NCBI GenBank assembly: GCA_032128415.1 | Contig: JAQBGW010000096.1 | Location: 2,592-66,591 of the forward strand | Length of the DNA: 64,000 nucleotides | Origin: Betaproteobacteria bacterium | Lineage (GTDB): Bacteria; Pseudomonadota; Gammaproteobacteria; Burkholderiales; SG8-41 | Direction: 5' to 3' | Shown: piece after piece, positions 8,578 through 20,244 of the stretch | How the letters are laid out: each line of letters opens with the position of its first letter | How positions within the stretch are numbered: the stretch's first letter is position 1 | Program-made: the position numbers and the translations under genes | Notes under the pieces: generated by a model | Databases searched by the model: none | What the model was told of the DNA's origin: nothing | What the model saw: the letters and a program-made list of their open reading frames with translations, nothing else

Positions 8578-10053
8578 TTATTGCGCCAGCTTGCGCCGCA
8601 GGACGTCGTTGACCTGCTGCGGATTGGCTTTGCCGCGGCTGGCTTTCATCACCTGACCCACCAGTGAGTTGAAGGCTTTTTCCTTACCGGCGCGAAAGTC
8701 GGCGATCTGCTGGGCGTTGGCGGCAAGCACCTGATCGACAATGATCTCGATTTCGCCGCCGTCGGAAAGCTGCCTGAGGCCTTTGGCGGCGATGATGGAG
8801 TCAACCGTGTCGCTCTGACTTTGCAGCGGCTCGTTCCAGAGTTCCGTAAAGACTTCCTTGGCCAGTTTTCCCGATAACGTACCATCTTGGATACGCCTGA
8901 CTAGCTGCGCGAGCGTTTGAGGCGCAATGGGGCAGTCAGTGATGGGGCTATCACTGGTGAATTCCAGGCGATTGAGCGCAGCCGACAGTTCTCCGGTCAT
9001 CCAGTTCGCGATTTGTTTTGCACTGGTCATCCCCTTAGCATTACCCAGTGCGTCGAACGCCGCCTCGAAATAATCGGCCCACTCGCGCGATTGCGTGATG
9101 AGGGCCGCATCGTAGGCTGACAATTCATAATCACGCATATATCGCTCGCGTTTAGAGACGGGTAACTCGGGCATCGCTGTGCGCACGGCCTCCTGCCATT
9201 GCGGCGTTACTTCCAGCGGCAGCAGATCTGGATCCGGAAAATAGCGGTAGTCGTGCGCATCTTCCTTGGTACGCATCACGCGGGTTTCACCGGTGTCCGG
9301 GTCGAACAGCACGGTCGCCTGCTGAATGGCGCGGCCGTCTTCGATTTCGCCGATCTGCCAGCGTGTTTCGTACTCGATCGCCTGCTGCAGAAAGCGGAAA
9401 CTGTTCAGATTCTTGATTTCGCGGCGCGTACCCAGCGTGACGGAACCCTGCATACGCACTGATACGTTGGCGTCGCAGCGAAACGAACCTTCCTGCATGT
9501 TGCCGTCGCAGATATCGATCCAGCGTACCAGCGCATGCAGCGTCCTGGCGTATTCCACGGCCTCCGCCGCCGAGCGCATATCCGGCTCGGTCACAATCTC
9601 CAGCAGCGGCGTGCCGGCGCGATTGAGGTCTATGCCGGTCTGCCCTTGGAAATCCTCATGCAGCGACTTGCCGGCGTCTTCTTCCAGATGCGCGCGAGTG
9701 AGGCGCACAGTTTTTTCGGTCTTGCCAACCTGGATCGTCACCGTACCACCCTCGACGATCGGCAATTCATACTGGCTGATTTGGTAGCCCTTGGGCAGAT
9801 CAGGATAAAAATAATTTTTGCGGGCGAATATCGAGCGCGGATTGATTTTCCCGCCGACCGCCAGGCCGAACCGGATCGCACGCTCCACCGCGCCGATGTT
9901 GAGCACCGGCAAAACACCGGGCAAGGCAATATCAACACCACAGGCCTGGGTGTTCGGCGCAGCACCAAAAGCTGTCGCCGCGCCGGAGAATATCTTCGAT
10001 ACCGTTGACAGTTGGGCATGCGTTTCCAGCCCGATGACCACTTCCCATTTCAT
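8578..10053 (-). CDS. gatB: Asp/Glu-tRNA amidotransferase subunit B
   Basis: 491 aa starting [15 protein letters not shown], with a C-terminal GatB/YqeY domain. It lies in gatC-gatA-gatB order. Confidence 0.96.
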   Translation of the reverse strand: MKWEVVIGLETHAQLSTVSKIFSGAATAFGAAPNTQACGVDIALPGVLPVLNIGAVERAIRFGLAVGGKINPRSIFARKNYFYPDLPKGYQISQYELPIVEGGTVTIQVGKTEKTVRLTRAHLEEDAGKSLHEDFQGQTGIDLNRAGTPLLEIVTEPDMRSAAEAVEYARTLHALVRWIDICDGNMQEGSFRCDANVSVRMQGSVTLGTRREIKNLNSFRFLQQAIEYETRWQIGEIEDGRAIQQATVLFDPDTGETRVMRTKEDAHDYRYFPDPDLLPLEVTPQWQEAVRTAMPELPVSKRERYMRDYELSAYDAALITQSREWADYFEAAFDALGNAKGMTSAKQIANWMTGELSAALNRLEFTSDSPITDCPIAPQTLAQLVRRIQDGTLSGKLAKEVFTELWNEPLQSQSDTVDSIIAAKGLRQLSDGGEIEIIVDQVLAANAQQIADFRAGKEKAFNSLVGQVMKASRGKANPQQVNDVLRRKLAQ

Positions 10054-10055
10054 GA

Positions 10056-11513
10056 TCAGGAAAATCCTTCCGGCGCACGCTGATGCCAGTCTGTTGCCAA
10101 CTGATACTGATGCGCCACATTGAGCATGCGCGCTTCGTCGAAATAATTGCCAATAATCTGCAGCCCGACCGGCAATCCACCGCCGTCGAATCCGCAGGGA
10201 ATCGACATGCCGGGCAGCCCCGCAAGGTTCACCGCAATGGTGTAGATGTCAGACAAATACATCTGCACCGGGTCATTGCTTTTCTCGCCAATGCGAAATG
10301 CCGTGGTCGGCGTGGTCGGCCCCATGATGACGTCGCATCTTTTGAAAGCTTCAGAAAAATCCTGCGCAATTAGTCGCCGTAGTTTCTGCGCGCGGATGTA
10401 ATACGCATCGTAGTAGCCGTGAGACAACACGTAGGTGCCGATCAGGATGCGACGCTTGACCTCGGCGCCGAAACCTTCAGCGCGGGTACGTTTGTACATG
10501 TCGAGCAGATCAGCATATTCCGCTGCACGATGCCCGTAGCGCACGCCATCGAAACGCGACAGGTTGCTCGAGGCTTCCGCCGGCGCCAGCACGTAGTACA
10601 CCGGCACCGACAAACCCATGTTGGGCAGGCTGACATCTACAACGGTCGCGCCCAGTTTCCTGTATTCAGTCACTGCGCCCTCGACGGCACGTTGCACGTC
10701 GGGGGCCACGCCATCGGTAAAAAACTCCTGCGGCAGACCTATACGCAGTCCCTGCAGCGGACGGGCGAGATCGCGCCGGTAGTCTTCTGCCGGACGTTCG
10801 AGGCTGGTCGAGTCGCGCGGGTCGTGCCCGGCCATCGTATTCAGCAGCAGCGCGAGGTCTTCGGCGGTGTGCGCCATCGGGCCCGCCTGATCAAGACTGG
10901 ATGCGAAGGCGATCATGCCGTAGCGCGACACCACACCGTAGGTGGGTTTCAGCCCGCAGATTCCCGTCAGCGCCGCGGGTTGGCGTATCGAACCACCGGT
11001 ATCGGTGCCGGTGGCTGCGGGCGCAATGCGTGCTGCGACTGCCGCAGCAGACCCGCCCGAACTGCCGCCGGGCACGCAGTCGCGCTGCCAGGGATTGCGC
11101 ACCGGGCCGAACCAGGAAGTCTCGTTGGACGAGCCCATCGCGAATTCGTCCATGTTGGTTTTGCCCAGCGTCACCATGCCTGCCGCGTTGCAGCGCTCGA
11201 CCACGTGCGCATCATAGGGTGCGACGAAGTTCGAAAGCATCCGTGAGCCGCAGGTGGTCAGCCAGCCGCGGGTGCAGAAAATATCCTTGTGCGCGATCGG
11301 CAACCCGGTCAGCGGCCCGCTTTGTCCGGCGGCGCGGCGCGCATCGGCCGCACGCGCCTGCGCCAGGCTGCGCTCCGGATCTACGCTGATGAAACAGCCG
11401 AGGTCTTTATTTAACTTGTTGATTTTATTGATATATTCCTGCGTCAATTCGACGCTGGAACAAGCCTTGGCGGCAAGCTGAGCAGCTAATTCGGTAAGAG
11501 TGGTATGGGCCAT
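10056..11513 (-). CDS. gatA: Asp/Glu-tRNA amidotransferase subunit A
   Basis: It carries the amidase signature [13 protein letters not shown] chose the ATG at 11513 ([13 protein letters not shown]); the track start at 11561 is a TTG that overlaps gatC. Confidence 0.93.
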   Translation of the reverse strand: MAHTTLTELAAQLAAKACSSVELTQEYINKINKLNKDLGCFISVDPERSLAQARAADARRAAGQSGPLTGLPIAHKDIFCTRGWLTTCGSRMLSNFVAPYDAHVVERCNAAGMVTLGKTNMDEFAMGSSNETSWFGPVRNPWQRDCVPGGSSGGSAAAVAARIAPAATGTDTGGSIRQPAALTGICGLKPTYGVVSRYGMIAFASSLDQAGPMAHTAEDLALLLNTMAGHDPRDSTSLERPAEDYRRDLARPLQGLRIGLPQEFFTDGVAPDVQRAVEGAVTEYRKLGATVVDVSLPNMGLSVPVYYVLAPAEASSNLSRFDGVRYGHRAAEYADLLDMYKRTRAEGFGAEVKRRILIGTYVLSHGYYDAYYIRAQKLRRLIAQDFSEAFKRCDVIMGPTTPTTAFRIGEKSNDPVQMYLSDIYTIAVNLAGLPGMSIPCGFDGGGLPVGLQIIGNYFDEARMLNVAHQYQLATDWHQRAPEGFS

Positions 11514-11553
11514 GGCGTACCGCAACCCGCCGACGACGCGGGCCGGAATCTGT

Positions 11554-12976
<1,423 letters not shown>

Positions 12977-13062
12977 TGCGGCGACCTTTGGCCTGCGTTC
13001 GCACCCAAGCCCATCCGGGCTGCGAACACAAGCCTGCGCCGGGTGACTGGCGGTAAGGCGCA

Positions 13063-13959
13063 GTGGAACACACGCCGCCGCCGCTTTTTCGCACCGGGCC
13101 GACGCCGCTGGCGCGACTGATGATCTTCTCGATGCTGTCCGCTGTTGTGTTGATCGCAGACGCACGCTTTGATCATCTACAGACGCTGCGCCAAATTGTC
13201 GCGGTCATCGTCTATCCATTACAGAAACTGGCTGCAGCACCCGGCGCCATCGGCGGCCACATTTCCGATTTTTTTGTCACCCGCAGCGCACTGCAACGCG
13301 ACAATCAACAATTAACCGAACGCAATCTCGAATTATCGCGTTCCGCGCAATTGGCTGAAGCGCTGCATGAGGAAAACATTCATCTGCGCGGGCTGCTCGG
13401 CGCACGCACACGAGTAGCGGCCCCGACGACAACTGCGGAAATACTCTACGCCGCGCGCGATCCGTTCTCGCGCAAGATCATGATTGATCAGGGGCTGCAG
13501 GGCGGTGTTGAGGCCGGCCGCCCGGTAATCGACCATATCGGCGTGATCGGCCAGGTGACCCGCGTCTATCCGTGGCTGTCTGAAGTCACCCTGATCACCG
13601 ATAAAAACCATTTGGTTCCCGTAATCAACGTGCGTACTGGTTTGCGCGCGGTGCTGTCCGGTACCGGCGACGACGGCAAACTGGAGTTGCGTTTCATACC
13701 ATTGACAGCAGACTTCCAGAACGGTGACCAGTTGGTCACTTCGGGCATTGACGGCGTCTATCCGCCGGGGCTGCCGGTCGCAGCAGTCACCCACGTCGAG
13801 CGCAATACCGAATACCTGTTTGCCAACATCGTCTGTAAACCACTGGCCGGCGTCCATGCCTACACACAAGTGCTGGTGCTGGGTCCGCTACCCGCACTAC
13901 CTGCGCGTCCCGTGGACAAAGCCAGGGACGTATCGCCGAAAAAGCGAAAGCGCTCATGA
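13063..13959 (+). CDS. mreC: rod-shape-determining protein MreC
   Basis: 298 aa with an N-terminal TM segment, a coiled coil (LQRDNQQLTERNLEL) and a beta-barrel domain. It lies between mreB and mreD and uses a GTG start. Confidence 0.9.
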   Translation: MEHTPPPLFRTGPTPLARLMIFSMLSAVVLIADARFDHLQTLRQIVAVIVYPLQKLAAAPGAIGGHISDFFVTRSALQRDNQQLTERNLELSRSAQLAEALHEENIHLRGLLGARTRVAAPTTTAEILYAARDPFSRKIMIDQGLQGGVEAGRPVIDHIGVIGQVTRVYPWLSEVTLITDKNHLVPVINVRTGLRAVLSGTGDDGKLELRFIPLTADFQNGDQLVTSGIDGVYPPGLPVAAVTHVERNTEYLFANIVCKPLAGVHAYTQVLVLGPLPALPARPVDKARDVSPKKRKRS

Positions 13960-14480
13960 TGCCGGCCGGTTCAATCTCGCGACAGGAATTGCTGCTGCCG
14001 GTCAGACCGGGCTTCATCCTCATCACACTGATCGTTGCGCTGTTACTCAACTTCCTGCCCTGGTCAGGCTGGGCGCTGTGGCTGCGACCGGATTTCGTCG
14101 CGCTGATCATCCTGTACTGGTGCATTGAAGAGCCTCGGAAACTCGGCTTCTTTGCAGCGTGGTGTCTCGGGCTGTTGATGGATGTATCCGAGGGTAGTTT
14201 GCTCGGGCAGCATGCGCTCGCCTACAGCATCCTGGCTTATGTCGGAATTGCTCTGCATCGCCGCGTGCAGCGATTCTCGATGGCGCCGCAGGTAATGCAC
14301 GTTATTCCGCTGTTGCTGTTCACCGATCTGGTAACTCTGTTGGTGCGCATGCTGGCCGGCGCCGAGTTTCCCGGCTACGCCTATTTTCTCGGCAGCTTCG
14401 CGGGCGGCGCACTGTGGCCCATCTTCTCGCACCTGCTGAAACTGCCACAACATCCGCGCCCCGACCCCGATCGTGTCTGA
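13956..14480 (+). CDS. mreD: rod-shape-determining protein MreD
   Basis: 174 aa and polytopic hydrophobic, with an ATGA overlap onto mreC. Confidence 0.88.
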   Translation: MMPAGSISRQELLLPVRPGFILITLIVALLLNFLPWSGWALWLRPDFVALIILYWCIEEPRKLGFFAAWCLGLLMDVSEGSLLGQHALAYSILAYVGIALHRRVQRFSMAPQVMHVIPLLLFTDLVTLLVRMLAGAEFPGYAYFLGSFAGGALWPIFSHLLKLPQHPRPDPDRV

Positions 14481-16356
14481 TCTTTCGATCAACCCCGGCG
14501 TCGAGATCCGCGACTCGGAACGCGAGCTGGAAAAGTTCCGTTGGCGACTGGGGCTGCTTGGGGTATTCGTATTTTTGATGTTCTCCCTGCTATTTCTGCG
14601 CTTTTTCTATCTACAGGTCTTCCAGCACAACCATTACCGCACGCTGGCCGAAGCCAATCGCATCTCGGTGCTGCCCATCGCACCACACCGCGGCATCATT
14701 GTTGATCGCAACGGCGTCATGCTTTCTCACAACTACTCGGCATACACGCTGGAAATTACGCCGAGCGGGGTACGCAATCTTGAAGAGACGATCGACAGCC
14801 TTGCTGCCTTGGTCGATATATCACCGCGCGACCGGCGACGCTTCCGCAAGTTGCTCGATGAAAGCAAGCGCTTCGAAAGTCTGCCGATCCGCACCCGGCT
14901 TTCCGACGAGGAAATCGCACGTTTCGCGGCGCACCGCTTTCGTTTCCCCGGCGTCGAAGCCAAAGCGCGCTTGTTCCGTCAGTACCCGCAGGGCAAAATC
15001 TTTTCACATGTAGTTGGTCACATCGGCCGCATCAATCAGCGCGAAGTCGAGCAACTGGAAGACGGGGGGCAGCTTGCTAACTACCGCGGTAGCGACTACA
15101 TCGGCAAAACCGGACTCGAGCAGAGTTACGAAAAATTCCTGCACGGCACCACGGGGGTCGAAGAAGTTGAAGTTGATTCCGGCGGACGCGCAGTACGCAC
15201 CTTGTCACGCACGCCACCGGTGTCCGGCAATAACCTGGTGCTTAATCTCGACGCGGGCTTACAGGAAATTGCCTACAACGCTTTAGGCAACCACCGCGGC
15301 GCACTGGTGGCCATCGACCCCGCTACCGGCGGCATACTGGCCTTCGTCAGCAAGCCCGGTTTTGATCCCAATCTTTTCGTTGACGGCATTGACCCGCAGA
15401 GCTGGGCTGAATTAAACGGTTCGCCGGACAAACCCCTGCTCAACCGCGCTGCCGCCGGCACCTATCCGCCGGGCTCGACATTCAAACCCTTCATGGCGCT
15501 GGCTGCATTGTTCTACGGCAAACGCACGCCGCAGCAAGCCTTTCACGATCCCGGATATTTCATATTCGGCGGGCACCGCTTCCGCGACGACGAAGCCGGT
15601 GGTCACGGCATGGTGAACATGTACAAGTCCATCGTCGAGTCATGCGACACCTACTACTACATACTGGCCAACGATCTCAACATCGATCCGATCGCCAATT
15701 TCATGACGCGGTTCGGGTTCGGCAGCCACACCGGCATAGACATTGCTGGAGAATTGACAGGGGTGCTGCCATCGACGGCATGGAAAATGCGCCGCTTCAA
15801 CCAGAAATGGTATGCCGGCGAAACCATCAGCGTCGGCATCGGCCAGGGCTACAACAGCTACACGCCATTGCAGCTTGCCTCGGCCATCGCCACCATCGCC
15901 AACGACGGAGTGATGTTCCGGCCACAAATCGTAAATTACATCGAGAACATCCGCACCCGAGACCGCCAGTCGGTCGAACCCGCCGTGATACGCAATCTTG
16001 GCGTCAGGCAGGAACACCTCGACGTCATCAAGAACGCTTTGATCGGCGTCAACAAGGAAGGCACTGCAGCACGGGCTTTTACCGGCGCGCCCTACGTCAG
16101 CGCCGGAAAAACCGGCACCGCGCAGGTCATCGCCATCAAGCAGGGTGAGAAATACGTCGAGAGTCGCGTCGCGGAGCTGCACCGTGATCACGCGCTGTAC
16201 ATTGCCTATGCGCCTGCAGACAAGCCGCGCATTGCGCTTGCTGTCATCGTGGAAAATGCGGGCTTCGGCGCACAAGCCGCCGCACCCATCGCCCGGCAAG
16301 TCATCGATTACCATCTACTCGGAAAAACGCCTTTCCATCCGGCTGTAAAAAAATAA
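14473..16356 (+). CDS. mrdA: penicillin-binding protein 2 (elongasome transpeptidase)
   Basis: 627 aa with an N-terminal TM segment and the transpeptidase motifs GSTFKP and KTGTA. It precedes rodA. Confidence 0.94.
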   Translation: MSDLSINPGVEIRDSERELEKFRWRLGLLGVFVFLMFSLLFLRFFYLQVFQHNHYRTLAEANRISVLPIAPHRGIIVDRNGVMLSHNYSAYTLEITPSGVRNLEETIDSLAALVDISPRDRRRFRKLLDESKRFESLPIRTRLSDEEIARFAAHRFRFPGVEAKARLFRQYPQGKIFSHVVGHIGRINQREVEQLEDGGQLANYRGSDYIGKTGLEQSYEKFLHGTTGVEEVEVDSGGRAVRTLSRTPPVSGNNLVLNLDAGLQEIAYNALGNHRGALVAIDPATGGILAFVSKPGFDPNLFVDGIDPQSWAELNGSPDKPLLNRAAAGTYPPGSTFKPFMALAALFYGKRTPQQAFHDPGYFIFGGHRFRDDEAGGHGMVNMYKSIVESCDTYYYILANDLNIDPIANFMTRFGFGSHTGIDIAGELTGVLPSTAWKMRRFNQKWYAGETISVGIGQGYNSYTPLQLASAIATIANDGVMFRPQIVNYIENIRTRDRQSVEPAVIRNLGVRQEHLDVIKNALIGVNKEGTAARAFTGAPYVSAGKTGTAQVIAIKQGEKYVESRVAELHRDHALYIAYAPADKPRIALAVIVENAGFGAQAAAPIARQVIDYHLLGKTPFHPAVKK

Positions 16357-16360
16357 CGCC

Positions 16361-17464
16361 ATGCATCCCATCATCCTGCGCTTTTCGCGTTTTGTAAGCC
16401 ACCACGTGGATGGTGTGCTGCTGTCGGCAGTGCTGCTGTTGATGTTCACCGGCCTGATCGTCCTGCTCAGCGCGTCAAACGCCAGCTTTTCCCGGGTCTC
16501 CGCGCAAATGATGAACATGCTGGTAGCTCTGGGCGTCATGTGGATATTTGCGAATATCCCCCCGCATTATTTGATCCGCCTCGCCCTGCCGGTATTCATC
16601 GTGGGCTGCGTACTGCTCCTCGGTGTTGCGCAGTTCGGCGAAATCGTCAACGGCGCGCGGCGCTGGTTGAACCTCGGCGTCACCCGCATCCAGCCCTCGG
16701 AATTGATGAAAATTGCCGTGCCGCTGATGTTGGCCTGGTATTTCAACCGCAACGAAGCGTCACTGAAGCTGCGCAATTACATCGTCGCTGCGCTGATGTT
16801 GATCCTGCCGGTCGCCTTGATCGCGCGTCAACCCGATCTCGGCACTGCCATACTGATCATGGCAAGCGGCTGCTACGTGATCTTCCTCGCCGGCCTGTCC
16901 TGGCGCGTCATCCTATCCCTAGTGGTCGCGAGCTGCGCCAGCCTGCCTTTTGTCTGGTCAGCGCTGCACGACTACCAGCGCCAGCGTGTCCTCACTCTGA
17001 TTGATCCAACCGCAGATCCGCTCGGAACGGGCTACCACACCATTCAGTCCACCATTGCCGTAGGCTCCGGTGGTGCGTTCGGCAAGGGTTGGATGAGCGG
17101 CACACAAACTCATCTTGACTTCATTCCAGAACGCACTACGGATTTCATATTTGCCGTCTATGCTGAAGAGTTCGGCCTGCTGGGCAGCGCAGTACTGCTC
17201 GGTCTGTTCCTGTTCGTCATCGCCCGGGCGATGGTTATCACCGCCCAGGCGCCATCACTGTTTACGCGACTGCTCGGCGGCGCCATCACGCTGACTTTCT
17301 TCACCTATGCCTTCGTCAACATGGGCATGGTCTCCGGCATACTGCCGGTAGTGGGCGTACCGCTGCCACTGATCAGTTACGGTGGTACCTCGCTGGTATC
17401 AATCTGTGTAGGTTTCGGCATCCTGATGAGCATCCATACCCACAAGAAATTGGTGCCGACATGA
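16361..17464 (+). CDS. rodA: SEDS peptidoglycan glycosyltransferase RodA
   Basis: 367 aa, about 10 TM segments, with the FtsW/RodA family C-terminus GVPLPLISYGGTS. Confidence 0.94.
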   Translation: MHPIILRFSRFVSHHVDGVLLSAVLLLMFTGLIVLLSASNASFSRVSAQMMNMLVALGVMWIFANIPPHYLIRLALPVFIVGCVLLLGVAQFGEIVNGARRWLNLGVTRIQPSELMKIAVPLMLAWYFNRNEASLKLRNYIVAALMLILPVALIARQPDLGTAILIMASGCYVIFLAGLSWRVILSLVVASCASLPFVWSALHDYQRQRVLTLIDPTADPLGTGYHTIQSTIAVGSGGAFGKGWMSGTQTHLDFIPERTTDFIFAVYAEEFGLLGSAVLLGLFLFVIARAMVITAQAPSLFTRLLGGAITLTFFTYAFVNMGMVSGILPVVGVPLPLISYGGTSLVSICVGFGILMSIHTHKKLVPT

Positions 17465-18534
17465 CCACCAGTGCCAACGTAATCTATGCGGGAGGCAGAA
17501 CAGAAAGCCTCCGCGGGAAGCACCTGCGCGGTCCCGCCGTGGCCGTCGTGCTGGCAATCATGCTTGCCGCCTGCGGCGGTTTGCCCAAACGCAGCGGCAC
17601 CATTGACCGGTTGCCGGAGTCGTCCGACACATCATCCACCCGCGGCGGCGGTTACTACCTCGACGACGGCCCCGGCCCCGGCGCGCCGGCAGACATCGGC
17701 GCCATACCCGACGCAGTGCCGCGTATCGAGCCTTTGCATCGCGGCACCATGCGTCCCTATGTGGTCATGGGCCGCAGCTATACGCCCATGACGGAACTCA
17801 CGTCCTACAAGGCGCGCGGTATCGCCTCCTGGTACGGGCGCCGTTATCACGGCAAGAAAACGTCATCCGGCGAAACGTACGATATGTACGCCATGAGTGC
17901 GGCGCATACCGTGCTGCCGATCCCGAGTTATGTGCGCGTCACCAACGTGACCAGCGGCAAATCAATCGTCGTTCGCGTCAATGATCGCGGACCATTCATC
18001 GATAGCCGGTTGATCGACTTGTCCTATACCGCAGCCTACAAACTGGGATTGATCAGCGCCGGTAGCGGCACCGTTGAAGTCGAAAGTATCATTCCCGGAA
18101 GCCAGCCACCGACCGCTGTCGCGGCGCCTGCGCCGATACCGCCTCCGCCAACACCGGCCGCACCAGTCGCCATACCCGTGACGCCCGATCCAACGCCGGT
18201 CACCGCCACTCCGTTACCTGCGCCATCATCACCCACGATGGCATCGGCACCAGTGCCTGCACCTGCAGTAACTCCCTCATCGACGGCAGTCACAGGCGCA
18301 ATGGTCGGCAGTTACGTGCAGTTCGGGGCATTCGGTGTCAGGGAAAATGCCGAAAACTATCTGGCACGGCTGCAGACGCAGGCGACCTGGCTTGCCGGAT
18401 CACTGCATGTCCACCACAGCGACGGCATTTATCGCGTACAGGCAGGGCCATATGCGAGTGATGCCGCGGCGCGCGAAACTGCAGAGCGCGCCAGTCAGAC
18501 GCTGGGCACAAAACCGGTGATCATTACGCGCTGA
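17461..18534 (+). CDS. rlpA: septal ring lytic transglycosylase RlpA (lipoprotein with SPOR domain)
   Basis: It has the lipobox LAACGG and a DPBB domain (GIASWYG..HGKKTSSGE). A roughly 60-aa Pro/Ala/Thr linker follows, then a C-terminal SPOR domain (YVQFGAF...YRVQAGPY). Confidence 0.9.
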   Translation: MTTSANVIYAGGRTESLRGKHLRGPAVAVVLAIMLAACGGLPKRSGTIDRLPESSDTSSTRGGGYYLDDGPGPGAPADIGAIPDAVPRIEPLHRGTMRPYVVMGRSYTPMTELTSYKARGIASWYGRRYHGKKTSSGETYDMYAMSAAHTVLPIPSYVRVTNVTSGKSIVVRVNDRGPFIDSRLIDLSYTAAYKLGLISAGSGTVEVESIIPGSQPPTAVAAPAPIPPPPTPAAPVAIPVTPDPTPVTATPLPAPSSPTMASAPVPAPAVTPSSTAVTGAMVGSYVQFGAFGVRENAENYLARLQTQATWLAGSLHVHHSDGIYRVQAGPYASDAAARETAERASQTLGTKPVIITR

Positions 18535-18562
18535 TCACGCAGCTTTCCTGCTGCACTGCCGG

Positions 18563-19039
18563 TCAATGTTTGTGCTGCGGTGCGGGTTGCCCTTTGAGAT
18601 CACGCACGTCGACTGACAACTTCATCGTCTCGCGTTTTTTGTCGGCCGATTCAAAAATCAGTTGCAGCGGCACTTTGTCGCCGGCACTCAGCGGTTGTTG
18701 CAGATTCATCAACATCATGTGATAACTGCCGGGTCCCAGTTTGATCGTTTTTCCTGCCGGAACATCAACACCATCGACAGGAAACATTTTCATCACGCCG
18801 TTGGTCATGGTCATCTGATGCACTTCGACGATTTTCGCGACGGGACTGCTTGCCCCCACCAGCCGCACGGCGGATTTCGCTGTGATTTCCATGAACGCAC
18901 CGGTTGCGCTTTGTCCCTGCACCGTACCGCGTATCCATGCGTCCTTGACGGTGACTTGCTGTGCCTGCGCCGGCGCAGCGCACAACAGCATCAATAACAA
19001 CATTCCGCATATGTTTTTCCCGCAGACCGCACGATGCAT
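18563..19039 (-). CDS. periplasmic copper chaperone PCu(A)C (DUF461)
   Basis: 158 aa with a signal peptide and an H/M-rich Cu(I) site pattern (VHQMTMTNGVMKM ... SYHMMLM). Confidence 0.8.
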   Translation of the reverse strand: MHRAVCGKNICGMLLLMLLCAAPAQAQQVTVKDAWIRGTVQGQSATGAFMEITAKSAVRLVGASSPVAKIVEVHQMTMTNGVMKMFPVDGVDVPAGKTIKLGPGSYHMMLMNLQQPLSAGDKVPLQLIFESADKKRETMKLSVDVRDLKGQPAPQHKH

Positions 19040-19101
19040 TAATTATCCTTTAAAAACAAATAGTTATATAATTTTTCCGGGCGGATCTGGCGCAAGTTTG
19101 C

Positions 19102-19824
19102 TCACGAAAGTCCCTCCAACCTGAACACAATGGGCACGCGCACCCAGCCTTCGACATGCTGCAAGCCGCGGCGTGCAGGTACGAAACGCCAGTTGCGCAC
19201 GGCATCGACGGCGGCATTGTCGAGTGGTGATGAGCCGCTTGATCGATCCAACTCCACCTGAACCGGCGCGCCTTCTGCATTGACCAGCACCCGCAGCATA
19301 ACCGTACCTTCATCACCAATACGACGTGCGGCCTGCGGATATCGCGGCGGCGGATTGCGCAAATAGGCCGCATTAAAGGCCGGGGGCGTCACCGCTTCTG
19401 CGCGTGCGACGGGCGCAGGCTTGGTCTCGACTGCGGATCGCGGCGGCTCCACGGGCATGGTAAACGCCGGCGGCGCCGGGCTTGGTTGCGTTACTACAAT
19501 CGAAGTTTCGGTCGGCAGGCGTTCCGGCTGACTGGCCACGTCCTGCGCCATGGATTGCGGATCAGTTTTTACTCGCTGCGGAACTGCCGGTTGCAGGCGT
19601 GGGGGCAACGCGGTTATCGGCCCGGGTTCGGCGGACACAATGACGACATCCAGTACCGGCACTGGTGACGCCACTGGCGTACGCAGCCAATCAGTGAAAA
19701 ACGTGAACACCAGCGCATGGAGCACAAGACTCGCTGCCAGACACAGGATCAGCACCCGCAACGATGCAGACCACGTGCCGGGCCGGATGTTGCGCATAGG
19801 GTCTGTGTGAAATTCTCTGCTCAT
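19102..19824 (-). CDS. TonB-family energy transducer-like protein
   Basis: It has an N-terminal TM segment, a Pro-rich spacer and a C-terminal TonB_C motif (YPQAARRIGDEGTVMLRVLVNAEGAPVQVEL). I prefer the ATG at 19824 over the TTG at 19830. Confidence 0.8.
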   Translation of the reverse strand: MSREFHTDPMRNIRPGTWSASLRVLILCLAASLVLHALVFTFFTDWLRTPVASPVPVLDVVIVSAEPGPITALPPRLQPAVPQRVKTDPQSMAQDVASQPERLPTETSIVVTQPSPAPPAFTMPVEPPRSAVETKPAPVARAEAVTPPAFNAAYLRNPPPRYPQAARRIGDEGTVMLRVLVNAEGAPVQVELDRSSGSSPLDNAAVDAVRNWRFVPARRGLQHVEGWVRVPIVFRLEGLS

Positions 19825-19956
19825 ATCCAACCGCGCTGACGTCGGACTGTCCGGTCAGCGCACTCAACAGGGATGGGCATTATCAGCGTATCGAAGCCAC
19901 ACGACAATCAGCCGCACAAACTGTGCCGCCGGCGGCCACGATATACTTAACGCACA

Positions 19957-20193
19957 ATGAAAACCGTGCTGATCATGTTGATTGACGCCTACCGGCTACT
20001 GCTGTCACCATTTTTCGGCACACAGTGCCGGTTTTACCCGACGTGCTCGGCCTACGCGCGTGTAGCCATCGAACTGCACGGCGCGCTCAGAGGGACCTGG
20101 TTGACCTTCCGGCGCATCGGCAAGTGCCATCCCTGGCATGAGGGCGGCGTCGATAACGTGCCAGAGAAGACAGCGCGGAGTGATGGGCGATGA
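19957..20193 (+). CDS. yidD: membrane protein insertion efficiency factor YidD
   Basis: 78 aa with YRLLLSPFFGTQCRFYPTCSAYA...GKCHPWHEGG, the YidD signature. Confidence 0.88.
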   Translation: MKTVLIMLIDAYRLLLSPFFGTQCRFYPTCSAYARVAIELHGALRGTWLTFRRIGKCHPWHEGGVDNVPEKTARSDGR

Positions 20194-20244
20194 GTGCGGA
20201 GCGGACAGCAAGAAGCGCCTATCCGTCGCTTTCGTTCGGCACGA

